IMG/VR virus record: IMGVR_UViG_3300033463_000034
Origin: a virus
Taxonomy: Duplodnaviria; Heunggongvirae; Uroviricota; Caudoviricetes
Length of the DNA: 33,831 bases
Reading direction: 5' to 3' (one strand)
Of this stretch, positions 1 to 12,961 are shown one piece after another (within the stretch, counting starts at the first letter, position 1; the number at the start of each line of letters is the position of its first letter). Under the pieces are notes generated by a model. That model did not search any database, was not told where the DNA came from, and saw nothing but the letters and a program-made list of their open reading frames with translations. Both the position numbers and the translations under genes were made by a program.

Positions 1-2008
1 TTAACACTAAATTTTTATATTTTACTGTTAAATTAATTGTATTATTATTTATTTTAGATAAATCATAATTATCTGCAATAGTATAAGGTAATAATAAATC
101 TTGACTATCTTCCGCAATAATTAATGAATTTTTAGGTACTTCCCAATTAACTATACAATTATTTAAAACTAATTTATTTAATTTACCACCTAAATTATCT
201 GTTATTTCAAAAGATAGGGGTTGTATTTCTACATTTTTTTCTAAACTTTGGTTGGTTGGAGAAGTCCCCATTGCATTGTAAATATAAGTTTGATCTCCAT
301 TTATAATATTTAAAAAATATTCTCCTTCGGTAATAAGCATATTTTTTAAAGTGATACTTGCAGTACCTAATAATTCATCATTATTTCAAACAGAGCATTT
401 AAAAGTTGCTGTATTTTTTATCTGAGGAATATTTACATGATATATGTATCTTCCTTCAACTCTCTGTGTATTTTTATATTCATTTATAATTGCTAAATAA
501 CTATCTAATTCAGCTTGACTTGCGGCTGCCATTGCAATACCAGTTGCAATTTTTGCTTGTAATGCTTCATAATTAATTACTGCCGCATTATATATTTGAT
601 TAATTTCTTTGGTTTCATCTAATACAGTATAAATACCATTATTATCAATCATACTTCATTTATAAGTTAAATTATTATTTTCATCTTCATCTCAAACACT
701 ATTTGTTTTACAAGTTAATGTTGGACTTCCAATATCATAATAAAATAATGTACCTTCATCACTTTTAATAGTTAAATTAATATCTGCTGCATAATTACTA
801 ATTGAAATAATTTTTTCTGCTAATATTTTATCATTTCTAACTGCAACACATTTAACATTTAAAATTGCATTTGGAGCATCTGATTTAACTATAGAAATCG
901 TATTAATTGTAGGAATATACATTTTAGATTGCATTTGTCCACCAATTAAAGTATAATTATTTAAACAAGTCCATCCTTTTCCACCAAAATGATTATAATC
1001 ACTAGATGAAACATCTACTCCATTATTCTCTTTAAACCAATAATAATTTATATCTGTATTAATAGTTTTATTTTTAAATTTTACTGCCGCAAATAATTGA
1101 ATAGTAGCATTTTCATCATCATAAGAATTAAAATAAGTTTTACTTCCTTTTGAAATATATATAACATACTCTTTTAATTCTTCATCTGATAAAGCAGAGA
1201 ATAAATTTAATTCAAAATTTTTTACAAAAATATCTTTAGTAGTAATTTCTTCACTACTATTAGGAAAATCTTTTGCAAAAATATAAATTTGTTTTATATC
1301 TACAAAATTTTCAGTTTCTATTTCAAATATTTTATATTGTCTAGTAAAAGTTGTTAATTCATAAGGACTTCCTGACATTTGATTAACATCTAATTGATAT
1401 AATTTTGTAATAATATCTCCAGATATATTATCTTTAAATTCCATTTCAATAACATAACCAAAATTTCCAGGTACTTTTTGACTTATATCTAGATTATTCT
1501 TGAAACTAGCTCCTAATAATATACTATCACTATTTTCTAAATTTTCTTTAAAATTAGTAATATTTATATCAATGTCATTTATTTCTCTATTTCTATCATA
1601 AAGAATAATTTTATCTCCGTCAACTTTATAAGAACATAAGCTAAACTCTTGATTTGAAGTAATTACATTTCCGCTTATATCTTCATATTTTTCGTAATCT
1701 TCTAAAACTGTTGTATATTGAACATCTTTTTTCTCAACTGCATCAATAATAGTTTTAGATTGACTAAAATCATTACCTGGAACTAAAATATTTACCATAG
1801 TTCCAATAGGATAAATAATATCAGGATTATTAGAAAAAACTTCTAATTCACTATCTTGATATTTAACTTTATATTTTCCTATTGATGAATCAATGTTTTC
1901 TAAAATTACTGCTTGAATAGTTTTATCATAACCTGCATTATTAACAGCATTATTTACAACTGTTTCAATAGCATTAAGAATTTGATTTTCATAATTAGTG
2001 CTATTCAT
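1..2008 (-). CDS. Putative tail/baseplate-associated structural protein, >669 aa, runs off the left edge (code 4)
   Basis: Track ORFs 692..2008 and 386..652 are in one frame, joined through TGA at 692 and 656 (..TNSV-W-DEDENNNLTYK-W-SMIDN..). Reading continues through TGA 386 without TAA/TAG to the window edge. RBS AAGGAG precedes ATG 2008. Function is inferred from position directly after the tape measure gene. Confidence 0.75.
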
Positions 2009-2094
2009 TGAAACATCTCTCCTTTTCTCTCATTTTTATCTTCTTATTTAATTTGATTTTTTACTTAAAAATATTATCTCTATTAGACCAAAAT

Positions 2095-2126
2095 AAAAAA
2101 GAGATAGTTTTTATACTATCTCTTTT
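2095..2126 (-). terminator. Intrinsic terminator at the end of the TMP gene
   Basis: Stem AAAAGAGATAG/CTATCTCTTTT with a U-tract on the minus strand, overlapping the TAG stop at 2116-2118. Confidence 0.75.
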
Positions 2127-5100
2127 CCATAATTCTTTGACTTGCGGCATTAACTAAATTATTTAAAGCAGTTTCAATTTCTGCAGCGTTATGTACATTA
2201 GGGAATGTTGCATCAATATGAACATCTTGTTCAAATAATCCGTTTCCGCTTGATATATCATTTCCATGAATATTTGCACTAACACCTGCTAATCTAGCTA
2301 ATGTATTTGAACCTAATGAATAATTTAAATTTCTTATAACTTCAACACTATCTAAAAGATTTTTAGTATCTTTTGAATTTAATACTAATTCTTTTTGATG
2401 TAATCAAGCTAAACGCCCATCATTATCTCCATTATTTCATTCTCCAGTATATCCACCAGTTGCAAATGTAGGTTTAACAAATTTAGATGAAGATGATGAA
2501 GAAGTATTTATAGTAGTTCCATTTACACTAATAGATACAACACTTACTGTTTCTGATTTATTAGGAACATAAGTATATGACATCCCCATTCCAGTACATA
2601 ATCCTTTGGAAGGAATAGACCATGAAGCTTTTACAGAAACTCCATTAATTGTAGCAGTACCAGGAATAGTTACAGATTGGCCTGCTTCTACTTTTTTAGT
2701 AGAATCAGATAAACCATATCCATAATGTAAAGTTATTGTATAATATGTTTTTGCAACAGTAGTAGTTTTTGTAGAAGAAGTTGTTTTTGAAGATGAACTA
2801 CTATTTATCTTATTTCCACTATTAGAAGTATTGTTCGAAGAACTATTTGTATTACTAGAAGTATTTGTTGTAGTTTTTCCATCATTAAATGCTTTGGCTT
2901 CATTTGTTGGAACTGCATCTGGATTAGTTGTATTTCTTGTTTGTTCTTGTGCTGCAGCTTCTTGTCTTTGTCTTTCTAATTCTTGTTGTTGATATGCATA
3001 AGCTGCGGCCGCAGCATCTTTAGCAGCTTTTTCCGCCTCTTTATAATATTCTATTAAATTTTTAACTTCTCCTCAAACAGCTTTTACTGCTTCTAATTCT
3101 CTACCATAAGCATCAATTAAATCATCATTATCTTTTAATAATTCTTCCATTTTTGGTAAATTATCATCTAAACCTTCAGATATTACTCCAAAAGTAATTC
3201 CTGCAGCAACTTCTAATGCTTCAGTATCTGTTTTATATTGATTTTGTGCTTCAATAATTTGATTTCAAGCATTTGTTGTAACTTTTGCAAATCCTTGATC
3301 TCCAGCAAAAGCATCAATCATTTCAGTTAAACCATTTTTTCAAGTTGGAATTAAATTTTCTCTAACAATTTCTCTTTCTTTTTCACTTAAATTTTCATAA
3401 GTTGCATCATTTAATCTTTCTAAATCTCAATAGAATGATTGAGATAAATTATATTTTGAAGTTTCATAATCATTAGCAATTTGCATCATTAATTCATTAT
3501 ATTGTTCCTGAATCATTCGCTCTTTTTCAGCTCTTAATACAGGATCATTGATTAATGCGGCTTCTGCCATTGCTTGTTGATAATTATCTCATGAATCATA
3601 AGCATCATTTAATACTTGATTATATCTTTCTTTATCAAAATTATATAAACTATTATATAATTCATCTAATTTATTTTGAGCTTCATCAATAGCAGCTTGA
3701 TTTGCAACATATTGATAAGTATAATTACCTTGGCTGTCTCTTCTAAGTCTCATTTCAGACCTATTTGCGGCAGCATTTTCTAATTCAATTCTTGCTAATT
3801 CAATTTCATATAATTTATTTGCTCTATCTAAGTCATATTGAGTTAATCTATCTTTTTCTTTTAATTGAGTAATTTGTTCGTTCATTAATTTTTGTAATCT
3901 TTGTTGAATTGAAATTTGTTTACTATCATTTATAGATTTTTGATATTTCTTTTCTAATTCTTTAATACCATAAGTTTTATTTATAGTATCTAAATATCTA
4001 TCCGCATTTTCATTAATTAAGTCTCATTCAGTTTTTACATAATCCAATCCTAATCCGCCCGTAATTGATTCATTTAATTTTTTGAAAATATCATTAATTG
4101 CATTTTCAAATTTATTTTTAGCATTTTCAAGACCTTGTTCTAATATATTATTAAATTCTTGAACTGCACTTTCTCATTTTTCTCTTGCTGATTCTCATTC
4201 TTTAGATCCTTCTTCTGCAGCTTGCATTTCCGCATATCAGAAATCTTTTTGTTGTCTTTGGAAATTTAATTGTTTAGTATAATTTTCTTGTTGTTTTTCA
4301 TAAAATTTAGCCATTTCTCCATAAGCATCTTCACCAAGATACATTTGAGTTAATTTTAAATCATGTTGAATAATTTCAGATAATAATTCATAAGTATGAA
4401 CTTGCTCTGAGAATTTTTCTTGAACTCTATCCATTTCATCAAGAACTGCTTGATGTATTTCTTCTTGTAAATCAAGAACCTCAGATAATGAATCTCTTAA
4501 TTGATCATAATATGTTTTTAAATCTTCTAAAGCTTGTGCTCTATTATTACCATAAACATTATCTTCTCCATTGTCCATTTTACGAATTTCTTCTAAAAGA
4601 TCATTTACTTGTCGAGTAGCTTCTTGTACATCTGCGGTTGCCGCATTATTATAATAAGTGCTATAGTCTAATACTCTAGCTTTAGCATTACCTAAAATAT
4701 CATCTTCTTGAATTCCATCAACAACACGTTTTTTCCATTGATTTCAATCTCTTGTTGCTTGATCCATATTTAAAGAAATTTCAATTTCCATATTAAATTT
4801 CTTAATATTTATTTCAATTTGTTTATCTAGTGAATCAAATATATTTTGTCTTAATTGAGGAATAAAATCAGAAACTAATTCATCATATCTATCTAAATCA
4901 GTTTGGAATTGTTCAAAATCTTTTTTAGCTTGTTCTACGGTATCTTTATATTTTTCTTGTTGCGCTTTTGACATTGAATTATAATTTGCAACAAGGCTAT
5001 TTACATAAGCCTCTTGGCTACGAATTGCTTCAACATAATTATTAATTGTGCCATCTTCATTAAATAGAACACCTTTACCAGATAATTTTTCTGCTAATTC

Positions 5101-8100
5101 TTCTTGTTCTCCATTTGCAATTCTTAATTTTTCATTATAATTATCTATTTGAGTATTTAATAATTCTCATTGTTTATTTAAATTGTCTATTAATTTAGCA
5201 CCAACAAATTTTTCTTGCTCAGCTTGTAATTTTTTTAATGAATTATCTACTTTAGTAATTTGAGTATTTATTTTATGATATCTATCTACTGTTGCTTCAA
5301 CAGGATCCATTTTATCAGGCTTACTTGATGATCCCGATTTACTTAATCCAGTTCCGCCTTTGTTTTTAGATGAAAAATTATTAGCAGACCCACTAGCTCC
5401 TTTAGTAATTTTATTAATTTTTGGAATTACTGTTGTACCAGGTTCAGAAGTAGACATTCCAAAAGCAGGAATCTCACTTTCAATTGGTTTAGATCCAGTT
5501 TCTCTTGTCTCTGTTATTTCATCAAAAGTTTCATAAGTTTGGCCATTTATTGTTTCTGTACCACGATTACCAATTTTATGAGTTGTTGTATATTGTTTTA
5601 CTATACTAGTTACTTTTTGAGGTTGTTCAGCGAAAGTTACATCATAACCCATTCCTGAAAATAATTGATTAACTTGATCAGTTGTTAAACCAGCTTTTTC
5701 AATCATTTTATTACAAGCTTCAACAAAAGCTTGTTGATCTTCTTCTTTAATTTCTACTCCAGCTTCAAGTTTAATATTTAAATTATTTAAATCATTTTGA
5801 AGTTGTTGAATTTGAGATTGAAAAACTTTTGTATCTAATTTGTTTTCTATTCCAATTCCAATAATAATTTCATCTAATGCTGCTTGTCTTAATCTATCAA
5901 TTGCCTCTGCATCACCCTCTGCAGCCAATTGGATATCTTTAGATTGTTTTACAAAAAATTCACCAGATAAAAATTTCTCAGCTTCATCTTCTAAATTTAA
6001 TAAATCTGAAAAAGCTTTTCTCATATCTTTTAAAGATTTTCAATATTCTTCAGATGCTTTATTACTTTCTTTTAATATACTTAATCATTCTTCTTGATTT
6101 TTATTTAAATCTTCAATAGCATCATTCATTCTCATAATAGAACGTGCTACAAATCCTGCGGAAGTACCATTCTCATCTAATGTATCTGCAAGTTCTTCTG
6201 ATTCATCTGCAATATCAGCCAAATATTGACCAAATTCTTTTAAATCATCTTTTTCTAATCCATATAAACTTGCATCTTGAGTTGCAGAAGCTGTTAAAGC
6301 ATTTTCAAATTGTTCTTTTAAAAATTGAGCATACTTTTCTGCATCTCATTCAGATTTCATTGCTAATTCAAAATTTTCAATTAAAGATTTTGCAGCATCT
6401 CCGCCAACTTCTTCTAAATCTTTTACAATAAGATCTTTATACTTAGATACTAATGCATATTCTTTTTCAGATAATTGATTTACATCAAAATCAGCATCAA
6501 ATAATTTATTAATTAATTCATAGCTTAATTTATTTTGAGTATCTTCTCTTAATTTATTTGGTATTTTAGTAACTAAATCTTGATTTTTTGAACCAAATCA
6601 TTCTTCTGCAGCTTGCCAACTACCAAGAATTTGTCCTCATTGTGTTCTTGTATAAGATTCAATTTCTCCTGTTTTAGCATTTCTTACATCTATACCATTA
6701 TTGCCATCTCATCCTCTAACTGCATTATCTATAGAACTATCAACTACATAAGTACCTTCTCCTGCATATTCATTTAATCATGATACAAATTTATCATATT
6801 GTCAATCTCCAGGATCAATAGTAACATTTATATAATCAGCAATTTTTTGTTGTCATTGTTTAGTATATTTTTCAAGATTTTCTTGATATTGATCACTAAA
6901 TAAACGAATTTCTATATTTGATGCTTCGCTACCTAAAATTGAATTTGAAATAGCCTTCATTGTATTTTTTATTTGAATTTCATTATCTTCTCATGCTTTT
7001 CCTCATTGTTGTAATTCTATTCGAGCATTTTTCATTGTTTTAACTCATTGCTGTCCAGCATTTTCAGTAATATAACCATTTTTAATAAATGAATCTGCCA
7101 TTTCTTGAATTTTTTGATTATATTCTTCTGTTGTTATAGTAAATTTAGATAATTCTAATATTTCTGCGTTTGTTAAAACTGCAGGAGTATCTTTTGTATA
7201 AGTTCCACCTAATTCTTTTCTATGAGTTTCTCTTAAATTACTATTAATTCTATTATTTATTGTTTTTGTTTGTAAATCAAACTTCTTTTGTTCCGCTTTA
7301 CTTTGTAAAGATAATGCTGCAGTATTTAAAACAATACTTTGATTTTGTAATTGTTGAACATAATCTTTATATATACCTTCATTTATTGATAATAAACCAG
7401 TATTAATATCTCTTGTAATTATTCCTTCAATTTTTGCTAATTGAGGATATTTTTGTAATATTTCTAATATTGTTTGATTTACATTTTGACAAGCCTTATT
7501 TCATTCTATAGTTCCATCTTTACATTTTTGTAAAGTTTCTAAAGCAGAAGAATATTTATCAAAAGAACTGTTTAAATTATCAACTGTAGTTTGTAATTTT
7601 TCACTTTGTTCTTTTAATTGTTCAGAAGCTTTCTCTAAAGATTTAATTTCTTCTGTTTCTCTATTAGCAGCTTTTACAATAGCATAAATAACTCCAACAA
7701 CAGCCGCTCCAATAGCTAACCAAGGAACTACTTTTTTTAATAAAGCCCCTACATAAGTACCTAATTTAAATACTGAACCACTTGTTTTATTAATAGCTCC
7801 ACTTATTTTATCTTGTTGTAATATAAATTTACCAGAAGTTTCTGTAGCTTTTTTAGAAATAAATGTCATATTAATTCCTTTTAAATTAGAACTATCTGCC
7901 ATACTATTTCTTATTTTTGCAGCCGTATTTTTATCTAATTCTGCAGTATGCTTTTTAATAATAGCTATACTACCAAATCTTGCAATATTAGCAGAATTAA
8001 TTCCTACTAAAATACCAGGCATAATTGCCTTTAATGTTTGAGCGCCTTTTATAAGTAAGCTTAATCCATTAATAAATAAAGGTAAACTCGTGCCGAGTGC

Positions 8101-10593
8101 TGAAAATATTTGAACAGTTTTTTCTCAAATTGATAAACCTTCATTATTTCATATTTTTGAAATATTTAATAATGAATTAATTCCAGAAAACATTTGACCC
8201 AAACCAGCAATTGCATTGGTAAATAATTTTAATTCACCAATTCTTTGCATATTTTCAAAAAATACTTTTGCTTTTGATTCTATAGTACTAATAACTTCTT
8301 CATTATTTTTAATTTCTATTTGTTTATTTTTTAAACTTTCTTTATTTAAAGTATCATAAATATTAGTAATTTTTATTCCTGCAATTTTTGCTCCATTATA
8401 CATATCATTATAAAGTTTACTTAAATTTGAACGTGCTTCTTTTGTTAATCCTGTTTCTATTTGAGTATTTATTTTTTGCATAGTTTCAATAATATTTTGA
8501 TAATCTTCTGTAGAATATATATTTGTTAAAGTAAGAAGAGGTTCATTTGAAAGGGTATTTTTTAAATTTTTATATGCATCTTTAATTTCTTGAATTCTTT
8601 CTTCATATGACTGAGTATCAGTAGAATTTCATTGATATGCTAATTTAGGTATAATTTCTTGATTTAATTCTTCATTAGTTTGTTTTAATTCTTTTAAAAA
8701 ATTATTATCTAAATTATTTCAATCTTCTAATAATTCTTCATGTTCAGCTTCAGATAAATCAATTAATTCAACATATTCAGTGATAGCAGTTTTTATTTCT
8801 TCTTCAATTTTTGCATTAGCTCTTAATTTAGATTCTAATGTTTCAAGATAATCATTACCTTGTTGCACTTGAACTTGGTTTAAATCCCCTTGATATGTAT
8901 TAAAAATATCTTTATAATTACTTAAATTTTTAACTCCTTGTTTATCTAATTCAGAAGAAACACTTATTCTATTAATATTATCTAAGGCAGCTTTAAAATC
9001 ATCTGCGGCATGTTTATTTCTTTCTAAATTAGTTAATGTAATATTTAAACTATTTGCTAAAGTACCACTTAACATTTGAGTTCCAACAGAACCTAACATT
9101 AATAAAGCATTACGACCGCCGCCAATACCTTCAGTAAAGTTAGCTACAAGTGAAATTACTCCAGTTAAACCATCTATTAAACTATTTATACCTTTTTTAT
9201 CTATTAAAGCATTCATTAATCGTTCTGTAGCAGCACTTAATTGATTTAAATGAGCTTCTGTACTTTGCATATAAATATCTTGTTTTTCTTGTAATGAACC
9301 AGTTGCTGTTTCTGCAATAGTTAAATTCTTTTGAAAATCTCCTCAACTATCCATTAATGCAACTAATTGTGTGTATTGTCTAGTACCAGCAACATTTTGT
9401 GCTAATGCTACTTGTTGATCTTTACTTAAAGATTGTCATTTTGAACCCATTTCATCCAAGATTTCATTCATGGATTTAAGCTCACCTTGTTGATTTTTGA
9501 TATTAATACCAACTTTATTTAATGCTTCTGCATATTTACCTAAAGTTGTTCCATCATCTAAAGTTTTTCCTAATTCTAAATCTTGAATTCTTGCAAATAA
9601 TGTTTTAAATGCAGTACCAACTATATCTGCGCTTTGACGAGTTTTAGCAACTACAGTAGCCAATGCAGCAGTTGCATATTCATAACTTAATCCAACAGTA
9701 TCTGAAACTGCAGCAAATTTTTCTAACCCTTCTGCAATTTCTTCAGCGCTTGATGCTGTTGCCGCACCTAATGCAGTAATAACATCTGCAAAATACTCTA
9801 ATGATTTAGAACCTGAATCAAAATTATTCCAAATAGCAGTCATATAATCAGAAACTTCTTTTGCAGAAGATCCTAATACATTAGCCATTTTTAAAGTAAT
9901 TTCAGTTCTTTGATTAGCTTCAGTATCTGATAAACCTTGTTGATAATAAATTAAAGCACCCTTTGTATAATCAAGTGTAGTTCCGCCTAATTCTTTTGCA
10001 GCTTTGTTTGCTTGAACTGCAAATCTTTCCATTTCATCTGCACTTTTTCCAGTAACAATTCTAATATCATTTAATGATTTATCTAAATTTTGACTAAAAC
10101 TTCAAGCTTTTTGAATTGATCCTGTTAAATTATTAAATACACTTGAAGATAAGCCCCATTTAACTGTATTTTTAAATGAAGTTGCAATAGAATTTAATAA
10201 AGTATGAGTTTGTTTAAAATAAGCATTAGTAGTTGTTAATGCTGTATTTAAAGTACCAAATGCGGCAGCTCCAGTAGGACCTAATTTATTTAAATCTTTA
10301 GCTACTTTATCTATACCTATATCTTTGATACCTTTACTAAACTTAGTTAAATTTGTTACACCTACAGCTGGATTAAAAGACTTATCTAATGCCACGCCAA
10401 CTTCATTAGCTGTTTTTTTCAATGACATTAATTCATGTACTGCTTCTTTATAAGTTCCTTGATAATTTGTTGAACCTATAAAACTTGAAGTGGTCATATC
10501 TTGAATCTCTTTTAATTGAGCTTTTAATTGTTGTATTGACTGAGTATCAACATTAAATTTAATACCATACTCCATAGTTCCAGCTTTTGCCAT
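2116..10593 (-). CDS. Tail tape measure protein, ~2825 aa (code 4)
   Basis: Nine track fragments (10102..10593 through 3589..3885) share one frame and are separated by TGA; at least 33 in-frame TGA were traced. TMP-type N-terminal region (DKSLNDIRIVTGKS..MERFA..ANKAAKELG..; AGTRQYTQLVALMDSW), long helical/coiled-coil body, and C-terminal FATGGYTGEW..GRLAWLHQKELVLN motif in which both W are TGA. Stop is TAG. Not every gap was checked codon by codon for TAA/TAG. Confidence 0.9.
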
Positions 10594-10645
10594 ATCCTTT
10601 TTCCTCCTATCATTATGATATTTATATTTTCATTTTTTCTTCCAA

Positions 10646-10685
10646 AATAAAAAATTCCTTCTTATCATATTATGATAAAAAGGAA
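10646..10685 (-). terminator. Intrinsic terminator between chaperone and TMP genes
   Basis: Imperfect hairpin TTCCTTTTTATCATA/TATGATAAGAAGGAA followed by TTTTTTATTTT on the minus strand. Confidence 0.6.
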
Positions 10686-10717
10686 TGATATATTATCTTA
10701 TTTTACCCATGCAAATA

Positions 10718-11254
10718 TTAATTAATATCTCTTCCACCGTTTGCAGCTCTAGCAAAATCAATTACATTTTGAAATTTTTCTTTATCAAAATTATCTACTA
10801 TTTCTGCAGCAGCTTGTGCATTTCTAGGTAAATCATTAATAAATTTTGATACTATTGCAGCTGCAGTTGTATTATATTTTAATTCATTATCTATTTTTTC
10901 TGCAGTTTTATTTAATAAATCAGTATATTCATTTTCAGGTATTGCCGCAACTACTTCATTAATAATACCATTACTATCTAATACATCGTATAATTTTTCT
11001 TCATCTTCTCTTTGTTTATCTGTAAAAGTAATATTAGTATATAAATATATTAAATTTAAATGAAAATACATATTTACTTTTAATGGATTGTATAAATTGT
11101 CTTCTTTTGATTTTTGTAAAGTAATATCTACTAAATCAATTTTATCACTAATTGGTAAATATTGTTTAACTTCTATTGAATTTCCTTCAATATTAATAGT
11201 TTTTATTTCTTCTTTTTGTTTTAATTTTAAACTAGCATAAGTAATTTTACTCAT
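10718..11254 (-). CDS. Hypothetical protein, probable tail assembly chaperone (178 aa)
   Basis: Intact ORF with AGGAGG RBS and TAA stop, immediately upstream of the TMP. Function inferred from synteny only. Confidence 0.6.
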   Translation of the reverse strand: MSKITYASLKLKQKEEIKTINIEGNSIEVKQYLPISDKIDLVDITLQKSKEDNLYNPLKVNMYFHLNLIYLYTNITFTDKQREDEEKLYDVLDSNGIINEVVAAIPENEYTDLLNKTAEKIDNELKYNTTAAAIVSKFINDLPRNAQAAAEIVDNFDKEKFQNVIDFARAANGGRDIN

Positions 11255-11282
11255 ATTAATTCCTCCTTTTATCTCTATTTAT

Positions 11283-11311
11283 ATTTTAAAAATAAAATTT
11301 AACTTTGTCAA
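11283..11311 (-). promoter_or_regulatory. sigmaA-type promoter upstream of the putative chaperone
   Basis: TTGACA (11306-11311) - 17 nt - TAAAAT (11283-11288) on the minus strand. Confidence 0.55.
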
Positions 11312-11314
11312 ATT

Positions 11315-12871
11315 TTATTTATACCCATTTAATATTTTATCCAAATGAATATGAGCACTCATATTTGCACTATTTATCGCTTCATTAGTTTCTCTAACTC
11401 TCATATTCATATTCATTCTTCTAGCTCCCTGAGAAATTGCATTTCTTCCATCAATAGATAATGTAATTGGTTGTTTTTTATCTCCTTTTGCTAAACTGTG
11501 AGAAACTCCTAAAAAATGATTTTCTGCATATAAAATTAATTCTCATATTGATATAACATTTCCATTAGCAAAAATAAATTGAGAAAAATCTTCTGAGCCA
11601 CCTCTTGAAGATACAGCATTTAATAAAAATCTTTTTAAAATTACATCTTGTAAAGCTTGATTTTGAGTTACTCATTCTGGAGATTGATTTCTTGACATGA
11701 CATTATAAGCTAAATAAATATTAAAATTATCTCCATAAATAAATCTAATTGCATCTCCTAATTTAACACCTAAACTACCAACTTCAAAATCTTGACTTCC
11801 TTTTTTATCTAAGTTTCTAAATTTCTTTCCTGAATAAAATTTATTACTAATTCCAATATCAATTATTAAATCTATAAAACTTTTTTCTTCTCCAATTCCA
11901 TATTCAATAGACATTCCAACATTTCCTTCTTTTCTATCGGTTTTTCCATAACGAGTATCACCTTTATTAAAAGTTTGCATACCTCCTTCTGGAGTATATG
12001 TTATAGAAGCTACTTGAGTTGTTCCTGCAAAACTTGTTGTTTTATTAGAAAAATCAACAATAGCATTTTCAATTGCAATTTTTCCAGTTTCATTAGCTAC
12101 TGTAGTAATACCTTCTCCTAGAGCAGTATTAAAAATAGCTCCTACTGAAGTTGCAATACTTTTTTCATTTAATCCTTTTCCAGAAGTTGCAAAAGTACCC
12201 GTTTTTAAACCTTGTGCTAAATAATTAATATATATTGCAGCTCTTTGAACTTGTTCTTCTTTAAATGTCATACCATTATTTTCTTTTATAAAACTTTTAA
12301 CAGCATTTTCTAATCTTTGTCCTAATGTTGTTAATGAAGCTCCACCTTTTTCACTCATTTTTGCGGCTGCCAATGCAGCTCCTAAAGCATTACTATCTGG
12401 AGAATCAATTAAATCAACTGCTTTTTCTAAAGTTTCTAATAATTTATTAAAACTTGCAATTCTACTTTGCGCTTGATCAAACGCTTTTACAAAAGAATCT
12501 TTTGCATTAGTATTTCTATATAATTGCATTAACTCTGCTTGTTTTATATTTTGATCTAATCCTTTTTGAAAACTTTCTTTCAACCCTTTATCAATATTTG
12601 AAACCAAATTATCAGATTCAAAAATTAAATTTAATAAATCTATTGATGAACTTGAAATATTATCACTTAACATTTTTTTATAGTTATATTTAGTTGCCGC
12701 CATAGCTTGTTCTTTTTGAGATTGCATTATTGAAGTAATATTAGATTTACTAACATTTCTATTTTCTGCTTTACCAATGTTTTTTTGATGGCTGTGTATA
12801 TAATATAAATTAGTATTTTCAAAATATGAAGTCCCTGTATAGACTCCATTAACTCTCTGATATTTAGCCAT
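11315..12871 (-). CDS. Hypothetical virion-module protein, 518 aa (code 4)
   Basis: Track ORF 11672..12880 extends through TGA 11672 and 11543 to TAA at 11315. The likely start is ATG 12871 (RBS AGGTG). Confidence 0.75.
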
Positions 12872-12893
12872 ATTTATCACCTACTATAATATA

Positions 12894-12926
12894 AAATAAA
12901 AAAGAGGAGTTATAAAAAACTCCTCT
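12894..12926 (-). terminator. Intrinsic terminator after the major tail gene
   Basis: Stem AGAGGAGTT/AACTCCTCT with a U-tract on the minus strand. Confidence 0.7.
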
Positions 12927-12961
12927 CTATAAAAAATTTAATCCCTTTAATTTATAAACTA

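Noticed and set aside
2116-10593. Fragmented tape measure and other late genes as pseudogenes or assembly errors
   Set aside because: All fragments stay in one frame and every break is TGA, never TAA/TAG or a frameshift. Decay or sequencing error would not be codon-specific.
10594-11254. Programmed -1 frameshift in the tail chaperone (lambda G/GT type)
   Set aside because: No slippery heptamer near the 3' end and no downstream ORF; a terminator follows.
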